Translations under genes and position numbers: made by a program | Notes under the pieces: generated by a model | What the model saw: only the letters and a program-made list of their open reading frames with translations | Database searches by the model: none | What the model was told of the DNA's origin: nothing | Part shown: positions 62,129 to 64,000 of the stretch, piece by piece | How positions within the stretch are numbered: position 1 is the stretch's first letter | Layout of the letters: each line of letters starts with the position of its first letter | Origin: Candidatus Omnitrophota bacterium | GTDB lineage: Bacteria > Omnitrophota > Gorgyraeia > Aquiviventales > Aquiviventaceae | Assembly (NCBI GenBank): GCA_016180575.1 | Contig: JACPAY010000001.1 | Span: 64,857-128,856, forward strand | Length of the DNA: 64,000 nt | Direction: 5' to 3'

Positions 62129-62401
62129 TCACCGCTCCCCATACACGACCCGCCACCACGCCACGGCGCTCAGCAGCATGAGCAGGAGGCCGAGGACCTT
62201 GGTGGTGCGGAGCTCCCGCCGCTCATCGATGGGGCTCACGCGCCAGTTGAACCGGCTCATGAGCCGCTGGTAGAGTGTGATGGACCGTTCCGGCATCGCG
62301 GCGCTGAAGACCCCGAAGAAGAAGATCCCACACGCGAGCACCGGCAGGACGGCCCAGCCGACATTCGCGAGGGTCTCGATCGTGTCCACCGGGTCGCGCA
62401 T
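62129..62401 (-). CDS. hypothetical small membrane protein (2 TM)
   Basis: 90-aa ORF with two hydrophobic segments, packed tightly between msrA and the PP-loop gene. Confidence 0.45.
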   Translation of the reverse strand: MRDPVDTIETLANVGWAVLPVLACGIFFFGVFSAAMPERSITLYQRLMSRFNWRVSPIDERRELRTTKVLGLLLMLLSAVAWWRVVYGER

Positions 62402-62405
62402 CTGC

Positions 62406-62993
62406 TCAGTCGTGCGGCGGCTCGCCCCAGGTCCGCTGCAGGTAGCCTTCCCGGCCCGAGCCGGCGCGGTAGAGCTTGTAGCGCAGCGGGTTTTTCTTAT
62501 GGTAGTCCTGGTGGTAGTCCTCGGCTGGGTAGAAGGGGCCGGCGGGCTTGACCTCGGTCACGATCGGCTGGTCGAACTTGCCCGAACCACTCAACCGCGC
62601 CTTCGACGCCTCGGCCAGCCGCCGCTGCTCCTCCGTATGGTAGAAGATGGCGGTCCGGTACTGCGAGCCCTTATCCGCGAACTGCCCGTCCGCCTGCGTC
62701 GGGTCGATGTTGCGCCAGAAGGTCTCGAGCAGCTCCTCGTAGCTGACCCGAGACGGGTCGTACGTGATCCGGACCGCCTCCACGTGGCCGGTGGCTCCGG
62801 ACGATACCTCCTCATAGGTCGGCCGGCCGGCGCCGCCGTCCCTCGACGAGGCTCGGGACGGCGCCCCGAGCGAAGTCGAGGGGCCGCCGGTGTAGCCCGC
62901 CGCGACCTCCGCCACGCCGTCCAATTTCTCGAAGGGCGGCTCCATGCACCAGAAGCAGCCGCCCGCAAACGTCGCCTGTTGAAGCTCCGGCAT
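62406..62993 (-). CDS. msrA: peptide-methionine (S)-S-oxide reductase MsrA with 20-aa in-frame insertion
   Basis: 195 aa from ATG 62993 with GGCFWCMEPPF, GYTGG and PTYEEV.SG.TGH.EAV...YDP. Extra residues PSTSLGAPSRASSRDGGAGR are inserted between GYTGG and PTYEEV. Confidence 0.9.
   Translation of the reverse strand: MPELQQATFAGGCFWCMEPPFEKLDGVAEVAAGYTGGPSTSLGAPSRASSRDGGAGRPTYEEVSSGATGHVEAVRITYDPSRVSYEELLETFWRNIDPTQADGQFADKGSQYRTAIFYHTEEQRRLAEASKARLSGSGKFDQPIVTEVKPAGPFYPAEDYHQDYHKKNPLRYKLYRAGSGREGYLQRTWGEPPHD
62823..62882. repeat. Family D palindromic element inserted in frame in msrA
   Basis: CCGTCCCTCGACGAGGCTCGGGACGG..CCCCGAGCGAAGTCGAGGGG, with nested inverted repeats CCCTCGAC/GTCGAGGG and CTCGGG/CCCGAG. 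Confidence 0.8.
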
Positions 62994-63020
62994 CGTGGCC
63001 TCGTGTTGACCAGCCCCCAC

Positions 63021-63026
63021 CATTAT
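63021..63026 (-). promoter_or_regulatory. candidate -10 element of the msrA operon
   Basis: Perfect minus-strand TATAAT 28 nt upstream of the msrA ATG. There is no convincing -35. The MITE-like element begins 35 nt further upstream. Confidence 0.3.
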
Positions 63027-63060
63027 AAGCCACGCGGCGGCGGCCTTCGCGACTGTGTTA

Positions 63061-63352
63061 AGAGCTCCTAACGAAATACCCCGCGGCCGCGACGGGCCGA
63101 GGCGCGAGGCCCGCAAGGCGCGAGGAGCGTAGCGTACCAGCCCTGGCGGTACGCGAGCGACGAGCAACGCCGCGGGCCGACGCGGATCGGCCCGTCCCCT
63201 GCGTCTGACGACAGGGTTGCGGCGGCAGGGCCCGTAGCCAGCGTTGCTCCTCCTCGACGTATCGCTTCCTGCTGATACGCCTTCGTCGTCGCGCCTTGGC
63301 CACGGGCCCTGGCGCACGCAACGCGGCTCGCGCGGTATTTCGTTAGGAGCTC
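63061..63352. mobile_element. MITE-like non-autonomous element (292 bp, 19-bp perfect terminal inverted repeats, TAA flanks)
   Basis: GAGCTCCTAACGAAATACC at 63061-63079 and its exact reverse complement at 63334-63352. The match is 24/25 when extended. TAA lies on both flanks (63058-60 and 63353-55). The interior is G+C-rich, partly self-complementary and has no credible ORF. Confidence 0.55.
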
Positions 63353-64000
63353 TAAGACGGGGGCGCATCAGGGGCTTCGCGCGATGCCAGCGCCGGCAAG
63401 ACGAACAACGCCGCCACGGGAACCAGGAGCGTGCCGAGCACGATCGAGAGCCCGAACCGCTGGGTCGGCGGAAAGGCCGACAACCCGAAGACGCCGAAGC
63501 CGGCGCACACGACGACCGTCGCCGTGGTGATCGGCCTCCACATCCGGTTCCGCGCTTCGACCCAGGCCTCCCACCTGATCGGCCCAGGGCCGGAGACCCG
63601 CCGCCCGATGTTCATCAAATGCAGGAGCGAATCAATCCCCATTCCCACCGCCAGATTCGCCGCGGGAGCCGAGATGACATCAAAGGGCATCCGCAGGTAG
63701 CCGATGAGCCCGAGCATCCACAGCGGAATGAGCGCCACGCTGCCCACGACGGCCGCGGCGATCCTCCACGAGCGCGTCCAGCCCCACACGAGCCCGAAAA
63801 ACGCGACCCCCAGGCTCAGGAGTCCCCACAGCAGGCTGGAGACCACCAGCCGGGAGAGCTTGCCCTGCAGCACGTAGACCCCGCCCACCAGGTGCGGCGC
63901 AAACCCCGCCGTCTGCACGACGTCCTTCAGGCGCGCCACCGTGGCGAGGCGCGACCCCACCCGGCCGGCCTCCCGCATGAGGAGCAGGAACAGCCCCTGC
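63352..64000 (-). CDS. RND/MMPL-superfamily transporter, C-terminal fragment (5' part beyond window edge)
   Basis: Open frame to the window end. Multi-TM C-terminal bundle (..NLAVGMGIDSLLHLMN.., ..VVCAGFGVFGLSAFPPTQRFGLSIVLGTLL..). The stop TAG abuts the MITE-like element. Confidence 0.65.
   Translation of the reverse strand, partial: QGLFLLLMREAGRVGSRLATVARLKDVVQTAGFAPHLVGGVYVLQGKLSRLVVSSLLWGLLSLGVAFFGLVWGWTRSWRIAAAVVGSVALIPLWMLGLIGYLRMPFDVISAPAANLAVGMGIDSLLHLMNIGRRVSGPGPIRWEAWVEARNRMWRPITTATVVVCAGFGVFGLSAFPPTQRFGLSIVLGTLLVPVAALFVLPALASREAPDAPPS

Noticed and set aside
63058-63321. 87-aa ORF inside the MITE-like element as a possible transposase remnant.
   Set aside because: It is far too short and its composition is Arg/Ala/Pro-rich low complexity. 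I see no DDE or HUH motifs.

Overview
High-G+C, very gene-dense chromosomal segment. Hand-counted 60-nt lines are about 67% G+C in typical genes. The host is a diderm bacterium, since lipid A, BamA and Skp genes are present. I call 75 protein-coding genes (two cut by the window edges), one frameshifted pseudogene, one tRNA-Gln and one MITE-like element. Seventy CDS are on the minus strand, and many are joined by 4-nt ATGA stop/start overlaps. There are no rRNA genes, no CRISPR array, no cas genes and no transposase or phage genes. Gene order by coordinate is as follows. (1) 1-7.7 kb: rhomboid, lpxI-lpxA-lpxC/fabZ, skp-bamA, dnaB. (2) 7.7-14.2 kb: rplI-rpsR-ssb-rpsF-pth-ctc-prs-glmU, tRNA-Gln, ispE. 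(3) 14.2-20.5 kb: split transketolase, TPR lipoprotein, hisG, a PpiD-like chaperone (+) and a CheY-like regulator. (4) 20.7-24.1 kb: nrdR-glyA-rpiB-ywlE-like-tsaC, a Bacillus-like synteny. (5) 24.3-34.9 kb: a complete purE-D-(orphan membrane gene)-M-F-L-Q-S-C-(PEGA)-B operon. (6) 35-37.7 kb: two unknowns and a desaturase. (7) 37.7-46.6 kb: a metal/redox island of oxidase subunit IV/III-like genes, DUF3332, DUF2063, DUF692 (MNIO), a DUF2282 precursor, YceI, ArsC, SodC, DedA-like, a thioredoxin-domain protein and TrxB. (8) 46.6-55.5 kb: apt, uppP, a zinc-ribbon protein, aldolase/SDR-mtnA-PNP (DHAP-shunt-like), redoxin, histidine kinase, a broken cbiX, PEBP and DoxX. (9) 55.6-59.9 kb: two response regulators, an orphan FlaI/CpaF-like ATPase, an HtrA-like protease and HPr. 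(10) 60-64 kb: a Cys-rich protein, TetR, DUF1059, a PP-loop ATPase, msrA, a MITE-like element and an RND/MMPL fragment. There are two main hunting results. First, a bufferin-type MNIO RiPP operon has an unusual gene complement: no DoxX, but YceI, DUF3332 and orphan oxidase III/IV-like subunits. Second, the segment carries at least five families of short palindromic or heptameric repeats. These mark operon junctions, act as a bidirectional terminator, and are translated in frame inside housekeeping genes (purL, msrA, rpiB and probably yyaL). Further observations are a 19-bp tandem duplication that frameshifts cbiX, a low-G+C orphan membrane gene inside the pur operon, a conserved leaderless-type promoter cassette shared by two genes, and a structured tsaC leader. 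All family assignments rest on my recognition of motifs in the translations. No database search was run.
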